NCBI GenBank assembly: GCA_035776675.1
Contig: DASTWO010000067.1
Span: 207-64,206 of the forward strand
Direction of reading: 5' to 3'
DNA: 64,000 nucleotides
Origin: Bacillales bacterium
GTDB taxonomy: Bacteria; Bacillota; Bacilli; Bacillales; DASSOY01
Each line of letters opens with the position of its first letter. Position 1 is the first letter of the stretch. The translations under genes and the position numbers were made by a program. Positions 34,989 through 43,490 of the stretch are shown piece by piece. The notes under the pieces were generated by a model, which saw only the letters and a program-made list of their open reading frames with translations, was not told the DNA's origin and did no database searches.

Positions 34989-36638
34989 ATGAGACGAATC
35001 ATTCGGACCATCGGCCAACCAAAGATCTATTTAGCCGTTATCCTGTTGATCGCTTTTTCTCTTCCTCTTGGAGGAAGAGCCGCCTCCGCGGCGGGGGCAT
35101 CCCCGGGTTTTGTCATTCATTCGGATCGCATTGAAGGGGAAATGATGGTACCCGGTGTGACCATTGGCCCAAATGGCCAACCGACGCTGGTTTTTAAATA
35201 TGCTTCTGCCACCATTCACGGCCTTAGGTTAACAAATGTGGTGGAATCCCCGGATGGCCCAATAACGATCATCATTACTGCCTCATTGGTTAAAGCGAAG
35301 AACATGACTGTAAGAGCCACGGGTTTTTCAGCTGGAGGCGCCTGTCTTAAGCTTGGCAAGACTTATCCGCAGGTCGCTTTGAAAAATGTGACTCTTCTTG
35401 CTCATCATATGGAGGCTAGCCAAATTGACCTTCAAGGTTTACATGTTTCTGTTGTGGAAGGCGCACACGGACAACAACGTCCGGCAACCAGCAGAGTGAT
35501 TCAAGATTTACTTGGCCTCCCGGCAAACGCTTTGGAGGGTGCAATCGATGACTTGCTGAGTGGGCATATTCCGTTAAGTTGCAGTGCTTCTGAGAGCGAT
35601 GATGAAAATCACGGTGGTGGAACCGATGTCTCCAAGAAGGTAGAAGACGTAACTGATGAAGTTGAAAAGATTATTGGGGGCAATGGAAAGCCAGTAGAGG
35701 AAATGACCGAAGGCGCACAAGGTATAGTAGACAAGACGACAGACGATCTTGGCAATGCTGTAAATAATACAACGGATGATTTAGGGAATACGATCGGCGG
35801 AATAGGGGATCAATTAGGCAATACCATAGGCGGTCCCGTTGGTGAGGCAGTCGAAAACACTGGAAATGCCGTAGGTGACATTGTTGGCGGCACAGGGGAT
35901 ACGGTAAACAATGTGGTCGATGAAGGGAAAAAGACTGTTGACGATGTGGTTAACGATGTTCAAAATACGGTGAATGATGTGGTTTCCGGGAATATTGATG
36001 ATATACCTGAAGATGTTGGAAATACGGCTGATCATGCTACAGAACATACGATGCAGGTATCTCAAGAGCTGTTAGACGGTGTTGAAAAAATCGGTAATCA
36101 AGCGACGGATTTGTTGTCCGACACTAATAACACGCTTGACCAGCTCACTTTAAGTGAGTTAGATGGAATCCATCAGGATATACAACATGCTGTTCAGGAA
36201 TTGGGAGATTTACAAACCGGGCTGTTTGGACTTTTAAATCCTCGACAGGCCGAGGAACCGTTAAATACCTTGAAGAACCGATTAGGAGATTTGGAGAAGA
36301 AGCAAGGCCGGTTAAGTGATCTGCAGGAGAAAGTCCGTGAAAATCAGAAACAGTTACAGCAATACGAGAATCGACTAGGGGATTTAAAGGATAAAGTGAA
36401 CTCTACATTTGATCAGTTGCAGAACCGAATTCGAAAGACACGGGACGATATTGATGCGGCTTCGGAACAATTGGCTTTATTAAGCGAGGAACTCTCGAAC
36501 GGTCAAAAGGAAATTCGAACTATCGCCTCAACCGCAAAGGAGGAAATGCAACAAAACGAAGGATTGCTTAGTCATTTAACAGGCTCGTTAAATGATTTGT
36601 TAAATGGTGTGAACGGATTGTTTGATGATTTGCTCTAG
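34989..36638 (+). CDS. secreted multidomain protein: DUF6230-like domain + 11-residue repeat array + C-terminal coiled coil
   Basis: ATG at 34989 (or 34983) lies just after the upstream stop and AGGGG; the ORF track start at 34902 overlaps the previous gene. Signal peptide MSMRRIIRTIGQPKIYLAVILLIAFSLPLGGRAASAAGA. The domain with ATIHGLRL / IIITASLVKAKNM is paralogous to the protein at 33601. Repeats lie at 35640-36002. The last ~200 aa are heptad-rich (LGDLEKKQGRLSDLQEKVRENQKQLQQYENRLGDLKDKV). Confidence 0.8.
   Translation: MRRIIRTIGQPKIYLAVILLIAFSLPLGGRAASAAGASPGFVIHSDRIEGEMMVPGVTIGPNGQPTLVFKYASATIHGLRLTNVVESPDGPITIIITASLVKAKNMTVRATGFSAGGACLKLGKTYPQVALKNVTLLAHHMEASQIDLQGLHVSVVEGAHGQQRPATSRVIQDLLGLPANALEGAIDDLLSGHIPLSCSASESDDENHGGGTDVSKKVEDVTDEVEKIIGGNGKPVEEMTEGAQGIVDKTTDDLGNAVNNTTDDLGNTIGGIGDQLGNTIGGPVGEAVENTGNAVGDIVGGTGDTVNNVVDEGKKTVDDVVNDVQNTVNDVVSGNIDDIPEDVGNTADHATEHTMQVSQELLDGVEKIGNQATDLLSDTNNTLDQLTLSELDGIHQDIQHAVQELGDLQTGLFGLLNPRQAEEPLNTLKNRLGDLEKKQGRLSDLQEKVRENQKQLQQYENRLGDLKDKVNSTFDQLQNRIRKTRDDIDAASEQLALLSEELSNGQKEIRTIASTAKEEMQQNEGLLSHLTGSLNDLLNGVNGLFDDLL
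35640..36002 (+). repeat. array of 11 tandem 11-codon (33-nt) repeats inside the 34989..36638 CDS
   Basis: Eight clear units from 35739: TDDLGNAVNNT / TDDLGNTIGGI / GDQLGNTIGGP / VGEAVENTGNA / VGDIVGGTGDT / VNNVVDEGKKT / VDDVVNDVQNT / VNDVVSGNIDD. Three weaker units precede them from 35640: VEDVTDEVEKI / IGGNGKPVEEM / TEGAQGIVDKT. Confidence 0.75.
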
Positions 36639-36642
36639 CAGC

Positions 36643-36680
36643 AAACCGGCCCTGATCAATTGATCAGGGCCGGTTTTTGA
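36643..36680. terminator. strong bidirectional rho-independent terminator
   Basis: AAACCGGCCCTGATCA (36643-36658) pairs with TGATCAGGGCCGGTTT (36661-36676), followed by TTGA. Lies between convergent genes. Confidence 0.9.
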
Positions 36681-36688
36681 GCTTTCGG

Positions 36689-37174
36689 TTAATTTTTCAA
36701 TAAATGTTTCTTGATGTGATCCAGGCTTTTCACGAGCACATCGTCTTTCATCATAAAGCTGTACTTGTTCCTCCCGTTGATTTCTCTGGGGACGTATTGC
36801 AGAAATATCGGCCCATTGGTTTCATGATAATGAGCCTGTGTTTGGATTTGATCGATCTTGGCAAAATAGACATTTTTCACGATCGTGCCGCTCCGGCCTT
36901 CTACCTTGTATTGGCCCACATAATAAAGATTGGATACGGTAGCACCGGTCTCTTCCATTACCTCTCGCTTTGCTGCAGTCTCCGCGCTTTCCCCTTCCTC
37001 GACCTTGCCTCCGGGAAATTCCCATCCACGGCGAGGGTGTTCAGTTAATAGCCAGTGATTGCAAAACCGGCAAATCACCCAAACATGCTTTGGAGACTTT
37101 GAAAAGGGCTGGTGGGCGAACGAAAATTGTACGGTATTGTGATAGAAGTCTTCAAATCTAATGACATTTTCCAT
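36689..37174 (-). CDS. ytkD: NUDIX hydrolase YtkD (nucleoside triphosphatase)
   Basis: FSKSPKHVWVICRF..WLLTEHPRRGWEFPGGKVEEGES...REVMEETGA...YVGQYKV closely parallels B. subtilis YtkD as I remember it. Nudix box present. Confidence 0.85.
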   Translation of the reverse strand: MENVIRFEDFYHNTVQFSFAHQPFSKSPKHVWVICRFCNHWLLTEHPRRGWEFPGGKVEEGESAETAAKREVMEETGATVSNLYYVGQYKVEGRSGTIVKNVYFAKIDQIQTQAHYHETNGPIFLQYVPREINGRNKYSFMMKDDVLVKSLDHIKKHLLKN

Positions 37175-37277
37175 AAAAGAAACTCCAGTGTTTTTGTATT
37201 GCTCTCATTGTATGAAAAGAATGCCTCAATGTCCAATCTTTCCATGAAAAAAAGGCTCCCTTTTTCGGGAGCTCGAA

Positions 37278-38852
37278 TTATCTTGGCCCGCCTTTTTTGA
37301 TATCGGGGGAAATGTTGGTGAACTGAGTGAAGTTTTCCTTGAACTTTTCGGCCAATTCTTCCGCTTTATGGTCATAGGCTTCCGAGTCTTGCCATGTTTT
37401 CTTCGGTTGCAGGACATGATCCGGCACCCCGGGACACTCGATGGGGATATGCAGCCCGAATACCGGGTCTGTTACCGTTTCGACGTTTGTTAGTTCTTCC
37501 TGCAAAGCCGCATGAACCATGGCTCTTGTATAGGAGAGTTCCATTCGATTGCCGACGCCATATTCCCCGCCGGTCCAGCCGGTGTTGACCAGAAACACTT
37601 GAGCGTTATGTTCATCGATTTTCTCCCCGAGCATCCTTGCATAACGTTGCGCCGGAAGCGGCAGGAATGGTTCCGCGAAACAGGTTGAGAACGTTGCCTG
37701 CGGGGAAGAAACACCGCGCTCCGTCCCGGCTAGTTTGCTTGTATAACCGGAAATAAAATGGTACATGGCCTGTTCCTTCGTTAATTTACTGATCGGCGGT
37801 AATACACCGAAAGCGTCCGCGGTCAGAAAGATAATCGTATTCGGATGGCCTGCGAGGCTGGGCTGAACAATGTTATCAATGGATTCGATCGGATAAGCTG
37901 CTCTGGTGTTCTGGGTCAGGCTTACGTCGTCGTAATCCACAACACGATTTTCGTCGGTCATAACATTCTCGACCACCGTCCCGAAGCGAATCGCATTCCA
38001 AATCTGCGGCTCTTTGTCCTCGGACAAGTTAATGCATTTGGCGTAACAACCGCCTTCAATATTAAACACTCCATTATTTGACCAGCCATGTTCGTCGTCG
38101 CCAATCAGCTTGCGGTGAGGATCCGCCGAAAGGGTTGTTTTCCCTGTACCTGACAGGCCAAAGAACAATGCGACGTCACCTTCCACCCCGACATTAGATG
38201 AACAATGCATCGACAGTACCTCATTCTCTGGAAGCAGGTAGTTCATAACGGAGAAAATCGATTTCTTGATTTCTCCGGCATATTCCGTTCCGCCAATCAG
38301 GACGATTCGATGCTCAAAGGAGATGATGATGAATGTCTCCGAGTTTGTTCCATCCGTTTCCGGATCCGCATGAAAGCCCGGGGCGGAAACGACGGTGAAT
38401 TCAGAATGATGATCTGCCAACTCCTCTTCTGAAGCTCGAATAAATAATTGGCGCGTGAATAAATTATGCCAAGCATATTCGGTTACTACTTCAACAGGAA
38501 GGCGGTAAGAGGGGTCAGCCCCGGCAAAGCCTCGGAAGCGGAAGGATTCCCTCTTTCCGAGATAATTCAGGACTTTGTCATAAAGCCGCCTGAAGGTTTC
38601 TTCATCAATGGGTTGGTTGACCTTTCCCCAATTTACGGTGTTTTTTGTTAGATTCTCTTTCACAATAAATTTATCTTTCGGTGAACGCCCCGTATATTTT
38701 CCGGTTTCCACTCGCAGGGCACCGGTCGACGTCAAAAACCCTTCGCCGCGTTCAAGAGCTTTCTCCGTAAGTTCTGCAGTGGAAAGATTCTCATATGTTT
38801 TGGCTTTCTTCAATGTTTCTTCAAGGTTGGAGACGAAGGATACTGTGCTCAT
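37278..38852 (-). CDS. pckA: phosphoenolpyruvate carboxykinase (ATP)
   Basis: 524 aa. [13 protein letters not shown] kinase-1a motif, GDDEHGW and NIEGGCYAK. Confidence 0.95.
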   Translation of the reverse strand: MSTVSFVSNLEETLKKAKTYENLSTAELTEKALERGEGFLTSTGALRVETGKYTGRSPKDKFIVKENLTKNTVNWGKVNQPIDEETFRRLYDKVLNYLGKRESFRFRGFAGADPSYRLPVEVVTEYAWHNLFTRQLFIRASEEELADHHSEFTVVSAPGFHADPETDGTNSETFIIISFEHRIVLIGGTEYAGEIKKSIFSVMNYLLPENEVLSMHCSSNVGVEGDVALFFGLSGTGKTTLSADPHRKLIGDDEHGWSNNGVFNIEGGCYAKCINLSEDKEPQIWNAIRFGTVVENVMTDENRVVDYDDVSLTQNTRAAYPIESIDNIVQPSLAGHPNTIIFLTADAFGVLPPISKLTKEQAMYHFISGYTSKLAGTERGVSSPQATFSTCFAEPFLPLPAQRYARMLGEKIDEHNAQVFLVNTGWTGGEYGVGNRMELSYTRAMVHAALQEELTNVETVTDPVFGLHIPIECPGVPDHVLQPKKTWQDSEAYDHKAEELAEKFKENFTQFTNISPDIKKGGPR

Positions 38853-39013
38853 TTCGCAAAACCATCCCTTTCATGATTCATCAGTTTTGATTAGTATAAC
38901 ACATTTATTTATATAGTCTATACTATTTAAAGATTTTTGTTATCAAAAATCGGGTGTCAACTCGCTGATTTTAAACACATAGTAAACCGATATGTTTTAT
39001 CAGATCCCATGGT

Positions 39014-39042
39014 TTGACAGCGATTATCTACTACGGTATGAT
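39014..39042 (+). promoter_or_regulatory. sigmaA promoter of metK
   Basis: TTGACA (39014-39019), 17 nt, TATGAT (39037-39042), leaving a leader of about 150 nt. Confidence 0.55.
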
Positions 39043-39191
39043 TTTTCTAGAAATGTGGCCAATTCTGGGACAGGCTACGTGCAAGGATCTTGTTGGCATT
39101 TTTCTTCAATTCAGTAACCAAATTTAACAAATAAGCGTACCGTTTATTATAAAATATTTGTCAAGAAAGTATACGGTGCTGGAGGGGTTTT

Positions 39192-40397
39192 ATGGCGAAT
39201 CACGTTAGTCGGCGGTTGTTCACATCGGAATCGGTCACTGAAGGCCATCCGGACAAAATATGTGATCAAATCTCCGATGCGATACTCGATGAGATATTGA
39301 AAGATGATCCGAATGCCCGTGTTGCCTGTGAAACGACGGTTAATACCGGGCTTGCGCTTGTAACAGGGGAAATCACGACAACCACGTATGTTGATATTCC
39401 TAAGGTCGTTCGTGATACGGTTAAGGATATTGGTTATACCAGGGCGAAATATGGATTTGATTATGAGACATGTGCGATTCTCACCTCAATAGACGAGCAG
39501 TCCTCAGATATTGCGGCAGGTGTCGATGAGGCGCTTGAAAAGCGGGAAGGCCGTATGACGGATGATGAAATTGAAGCAATCGGCGCCGGTGATCAGGGAT
39601 TGATGTTCGGTTTTGCGGTTAATGAGACGCCGGAGTTGATGCCGTTGCCGATTTCATTGGCCCACCGTTTATCCCACCGATTGACGGAAGCGCGTAAAGA
39701 GGAAATCATTGATTATCTCAGGCCAGACGGAAAGACGCAAGTAACAGTGGAATACAATGAGAAAGGCGAACCGGAACGAGTCGATACAATAGTGATATCG
39801 GCGCAGCACCATCCGGAAATTACACTTGATCAAATCAAAAAAGATCTGAAAAAGCATGTAATCGAACCTGTTGTGCCTGCCTCATTTCTTGACGAGAATA
39901 CAAAATATATCATTAATCCGACGGGCAGGTTTGTGACCGGCGGCCCACAGGGAGATGCCGGTTTAACGGGACGGAAACTGATGGTTGACACATACGGCGG
40001 GTATGCCCGGCACGGAGGCGGTGCATTTTCCGGAAAGGATCCGACCAAGGTGGATCGTTCCGCCTCTTATGCAGCCAGATATGTAGCGAAGAATATTGTC
40101 GCATCCGGGCTGGCGGAAAAATGCGAAGTCCAAATAGCTTACGCGATCGGCGTTTCCCAACCTGTGTCGATTTCAATTGATACATTCGGAACAGGCATGG
40201 TTTCTGAGCAAACTCTTGTCGAACTTGTGGAAGCGAATTTTGATCTTCGTCCGGCCGGGATCATTAAGATGCTTGATCTGCGCAGGCCGATTTATAAGCA
40301 GACGGCGGCTTACGGCCATTTTGGGAGAACGGACGCGGAATTCCCATGGGAACGCACGGATAAAGCGGATATTTTGCGAGAGCAAGCGGGACAATAA
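39192..40397 (+). CDS. metK: S-adenosylmethionine synthetase
   Basis: 401 aa. [32 protein letters not shown] and [16 protein letters not shown]. Confidence 0.97.
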   Translation: MANHVSRRLFTSESVTEGHPDKICDQISDAILDEILKDDPNARVACETTVNTGLALVTGEITTTTYVDIPKVVRDTVKDIGYTRAKYGFDYETCAILTSIDEQSSDIAAGVDEALEKREGRMTDDEIEAIGAGDQGLMFGFAVNETPELMPLPISLAHRLSHRLTEARKEEIIDYLRPDGKTQVTVEYNEKGEPERVDTIVISAQHHPEITLDQIKKDLKKHVIEPVVPASFLDENTKYIINPTGRFVTGGPQGDAGLTGRKLMVDTYGGYARHGGGAFSGKDPTKVDRSASYAARYVAKNIVASGLAEKCEVQIAYAIGVSQPVSISIDTFGTGMVSEQTLVELVEANFDLRPAGIIKMLDLRRPIYKQTAAYGHFGRTDAEFPWERTDKADILREQAGQ

Positions 40398-40430
40398 GCG
40401 GAGAATCATCTCCGCTTTTTTTCTTTTTTT
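40397..40430 (+). terminator. rho-independent terminator of metK
   Basis: AGCGGAGA (40397-40404) pairs with TCTCCGCT (40409-40416), followed by a long T-run. Confidence 0.85.
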
Positions 40431-40547
40431 AAGGATTTTCATCGGATTGTCGATATCATTTTCTCGAAGATGGTTCACCTGAATGATAAAATAATAAGTA
40501 GACGATGATCTACAGTACGTCTTTGATGCACCAAGGAGCGGTTTTTG

Positions 40548-41348
40548 ATGTGGAAATGGGAAGCTGACAAGGCACGGGGTGTGATTGTTCTAGTCCATGG
40601 ATCGGGAGAACACCACGGCCGTTATGAATGGTTGATTAACGAATGGCTGACAAACGGTTTTCATGTGATAATGGGTGATTTGCCCGGGCATGGAGAAGCC
40701 GCCGACAGGCGGGGACATATTGATTCTTTTGACGAATACATAGATTCCATAACCGTTTGGGTCAGAAAGGCGGAGAGCTGTGGATTGCCTGTTTTCCTAT
40801 TCGGTCATAGTTTAGGAGGACTGGCGGTCATTCGAACACTGACTGAGAAAAAACTGCCTGTCAGCGCGGTAATTCTATCTTCCCCGTGCGTCGGCTTGAA
40901 AAATCCACCTCCGAAATCTTTGCAACTATTCGCCAAGGCGGTGAAATCGTTTGCTTCGAAATGGCGGGTTCGCATTAAAAGTTCCGGAGCAAACCCGTCG
41001 GCCACCCGGAGTGAGGAAAGGCTTATGAAGGATGAACTTGATCCTTTAATTCTAAGAAAGGTTTCGATTGGTTGGTATACTCAATTGGAACAAGCTTTGA
41101 ACCTCGCTTTTGAAAAGATAGATGACTTTCCTGATGTTCCCTTGCTCGTTATGCAAGCGGGAGAGGATAAAATTGTTGATAAACATAAGGTGAACCGTTG
41201 GTTTAATCAAATCCCCGTCGAGGATAAAACGTATAAAGAATGGGACGGGTTATTCCATGAAATCCTCAATGAACCTGAACGAAAAGAAGTATTTGACTGT
41301 GCTCTCGGTTTTGTTGAACCTCATTTGAACACACATCAAGAATGTTAG
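40548..41348 (+). CDS. ytpA: alpha/beta hydrolase, lysophospholipase/monoacylglycerol-lipase type (YtpA-like)
   Basis: VHGSGEHHGRY and GHSLGG nucleophile elbow, about 266 aa. Immediately upstream of ytpB, as in B. subtilis. Confidence 0.75.
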   Translation: MWKWEADKARGVIVLVHGSGEHHGRYEWLINEWLTNGFHVIMGDLPGHGEAADRRGHIDSFDEYIDSITVWVRKAESCGLPVFLFGHSLGGLAVIRTLTEKKLPVSAVILSSPCVGLKNPPPKSLQLFAKAVKSFASKWRVRIKSSGANPSATRSEERLMKDELDPLILRKVSIGWYTQLEQALNLAFEKIDDFPDVPLLVMQAGEDKIVDKHKVNRWFNQIPVEDKTYKEWDGLFHEILNEPERKEVFDCALGFVEPHLNTHQEC

Positions 41349-41359
41349 GAGTGTAAGGC

Positions 41360-42424
41360 TTGAAAATTCCCACTCAGCCCTGGACGATGATGCTTCATAT
41401 ATACCGACGCGTTTTGCCTCGTGTCAATGCCTGTTTAAATGAATGGAAGAAACGGGCGAAACAGATTCCTGACCCGGAGCTTCGCAAACAGGCGTTAATG
41501 AGTATTGAGACAAAAACCTTTCATTGTGAAGGCGGTTCGATTCTGGCATTGTTGGGCAAAGACAGGATTGATGAGGTGGTCGATTTTATCGTAGCCTATC
41601 AAACCATCAGCGATTATCTGGACAATCTTTGCGACCGCAGCACCTCTCTTGATCCTGATGATTTCCGCGCTCTCCATGAATCGATGTTCCATGCTTTAAC
41701 GCCTGGCAGTGGTCATACCGATTATTACCGGTTTCATCCCGAATCGGACGACGGTGGTTATTTACGTTCCCTCGTTGAAACATGTCAGGACATGCTCGGA
41801 ACTCTTCCAACCTATGATGTGATTGCTCCTACCTTGCATGAACTTGCAGGATACTATTGCGATTTACAGGTACATAAGCATGTGAAACATGAGGAACGTG
41901 TGCCGCGGCTGCAATCATGGTTTGCCGGATATGAAGCGGAGCTCCCGCCGATGAGTTGGTATGAATTTTCCGCATGTGCCGGTTCGACTTTGGGGATCTT
42001 CTGTCTTGTTTCATATGCAAGCACCGGAAACTTCTCTGATGAAAAGACGCAGGAAATCAAGGCGGGTTATTTCCCGTGGGTACAAGGACTTCATATTTTG
42101 CTGGATTATTTCATTGATCAGGAAGAAGACAGAGCCGGAGGAGATCTGAATTTCTGTTTCTACTACGACAGCCGTGAGAAGATGATGACCAGGCTTGCCC
42201 ACTTTATGGAACAGGCCGACGAAAGTATTGCGCGCCTGCCGGATTCGAAATTCCATCGTATGATCAATCGAGGATTGCTTGGCATTTATTTGGCTGACGA
42301 AAAGGTTCGGAGCCAGAAGCACGTTCGGAAATTGGCAGGCAAAATCATTCGTCGCGGCGGAGGATCAAGTGTGTTTTTCTTTGTGAATGGCTGGATTTAC
42401 CGGCGGATGAAGCCGAGTTTGTAG
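41360..42424 (+). CDS. ytpB: tetraprenyl-beta-curcumene synthase (YtpB/DUF2600 family)
   Basis: 354 aa. The pattern YRRVLPRVNACLNEWKKRA...TFHCEGGS...ISDYLDNLCDR and synteny with ytpA. Assignment is from memory of the family. Confidence 0.7.
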   Translation: MKIPTQPWTMMLHIYRRVLPRVNACLNEWKKRAKQIPDPELRKQALMSIETKTFHCEGGSILALLGKDRIDEVVDFIVAYQTISDYLDNLCDRSTSLDPDDFRALHESMFHALTPGSGHTDYYRFHPESDDGGYLRSLVETCQDMLGTLPTYDVIAPTLHELAGYYCDLQVHKHVKHEERVPRLQSWFAGYEAELPPMSWYEFSACAGSTLGIFCLVSYASTGNFSDEKTQEIKAGYFPWVQGLHILLDYFIDQEEDRAGGDLNFCFYYDSREKMMTRLAHFMEQADESIARLPDSKFHRMINRGLLGIYLADEKVRSQKHVRKLAGKIIRRGGGSSVFFFVNGWIYRRMKPSL

Positions 42425-42446
42425 AAAACGACGGGAGGAGAACTTG

Positions 42447-43313
42447 ATGAAGATTCTTGTGCTTGGGGGAACCCGGTTTTTCGGGAAACGTTTGGTGGAG
42501 AACCTGATTAATCATGGAGATCAAGTGACGATAGGGACGAGAGGTCAGACAAAGGATCCATTTGGTAACAAGGTAAATCGTGTTCAACTGGACCGGTTTG
42601 ATCAGGACTCTTTGAAAGCCGCTGTCGGTTCGGAATCGTGGGATGTTGTGTATGATCAAATTTGTTATTCCCCGAATGACGCTTTGAACGCCTGTGAGGT
42701 ATTTGGGGGCAAGGTAGATCGATACATTTTCACCTCTTCTATGTCGGTGTATGATCTTTCCGAAGTGCCTATTAAAGAGGAGGCTTACGATCCTTATACC
42801 TATCCAGTCGAAAAGGGAGATAGGGATCAATTTTCTTACAGCGAAGGGAAACGGCTGGCCGAGGCCGTATTCTTCCAACATGCCGATTTTCCTGTAACGG
42901 CGGTGCGCATTCCTATTGTAATGGGGACGGACGATTACACGGAACGATTGCTTTTTCATATTGAGAGAGTGAAGGACGGGCGCTCGTTGGGAATGCCGAA
43001 CAAAGAGGCGAAGCTGTCATTCATTTCTTCAGAAGAAGCCGCCGATTTTCTTGAATGGGCGGGCAAAAGTGAGTTGAATAGACCGGTAAACGCGTGTGCC
43101 GATGGAGACATCTCATTGGACGAATTACTTGGTTTGATTGAAGAAGCTGTTGGCCGCAAGGCAATTGTGAAGGAAGAAGCAGTAGAGGAAGATCGTTCTC
43201 CCTATGGAATTCCATCATCATGGATTATGAATAATACTAAGGCGAAAGAGGCGGGATATGTTTTCACATCTTTGCGTGACTGGCTGCCGGGCTTAATCCG
43301 GGAATTGGCTTAA
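42447..43313 (+). CDS. NAD(P)-dependent epimerase/dehydratase-family (SDR) protein
   Basis: Rossmann motif MKILVLGGTRFFG. 288 aa. Confidence 0.8.
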   Translation: MKILVLGGTRFFGKRLVENLINHGDQVTIGTRGQTKDPFGNKVNRVQLDRFDQDSLKAAVGSESWDVVYDQICYSPNDALNACEVFGGKVDRYIFTSSMSVYDLSEVPIKEEAYDPYTYPVEKGDRDQFSYSEGKRLAEAVFFQHADFPVTAVRIPIVMGTDDYTERLLFHIERVKDGRSLGMPNKEAKLSFISSEEAADFLEWAGKSELNRPVNACADGDISLDELLGLIEEAVGRKAIVKEEAVEEDRSPYGIPSSWIMNNTKAKEAGYVFTSLRDWLPGLIRELA

Positions 43314-43490
43314 GAAAGCCGCTACAGCTGATTGAATAACCTCAATATCCGAAACGGCTATTTTATTGTGTGAAACCCTTAATATCAGTGAATGGCTCTG
43401 CTTGATAGCAAAAGTATTTTGGGTTGCGAAATAAATTGAAAAGGCATAGAATTGCCATTGGAAATGAGGAAACAGGGGAGGTGGCCGTCT

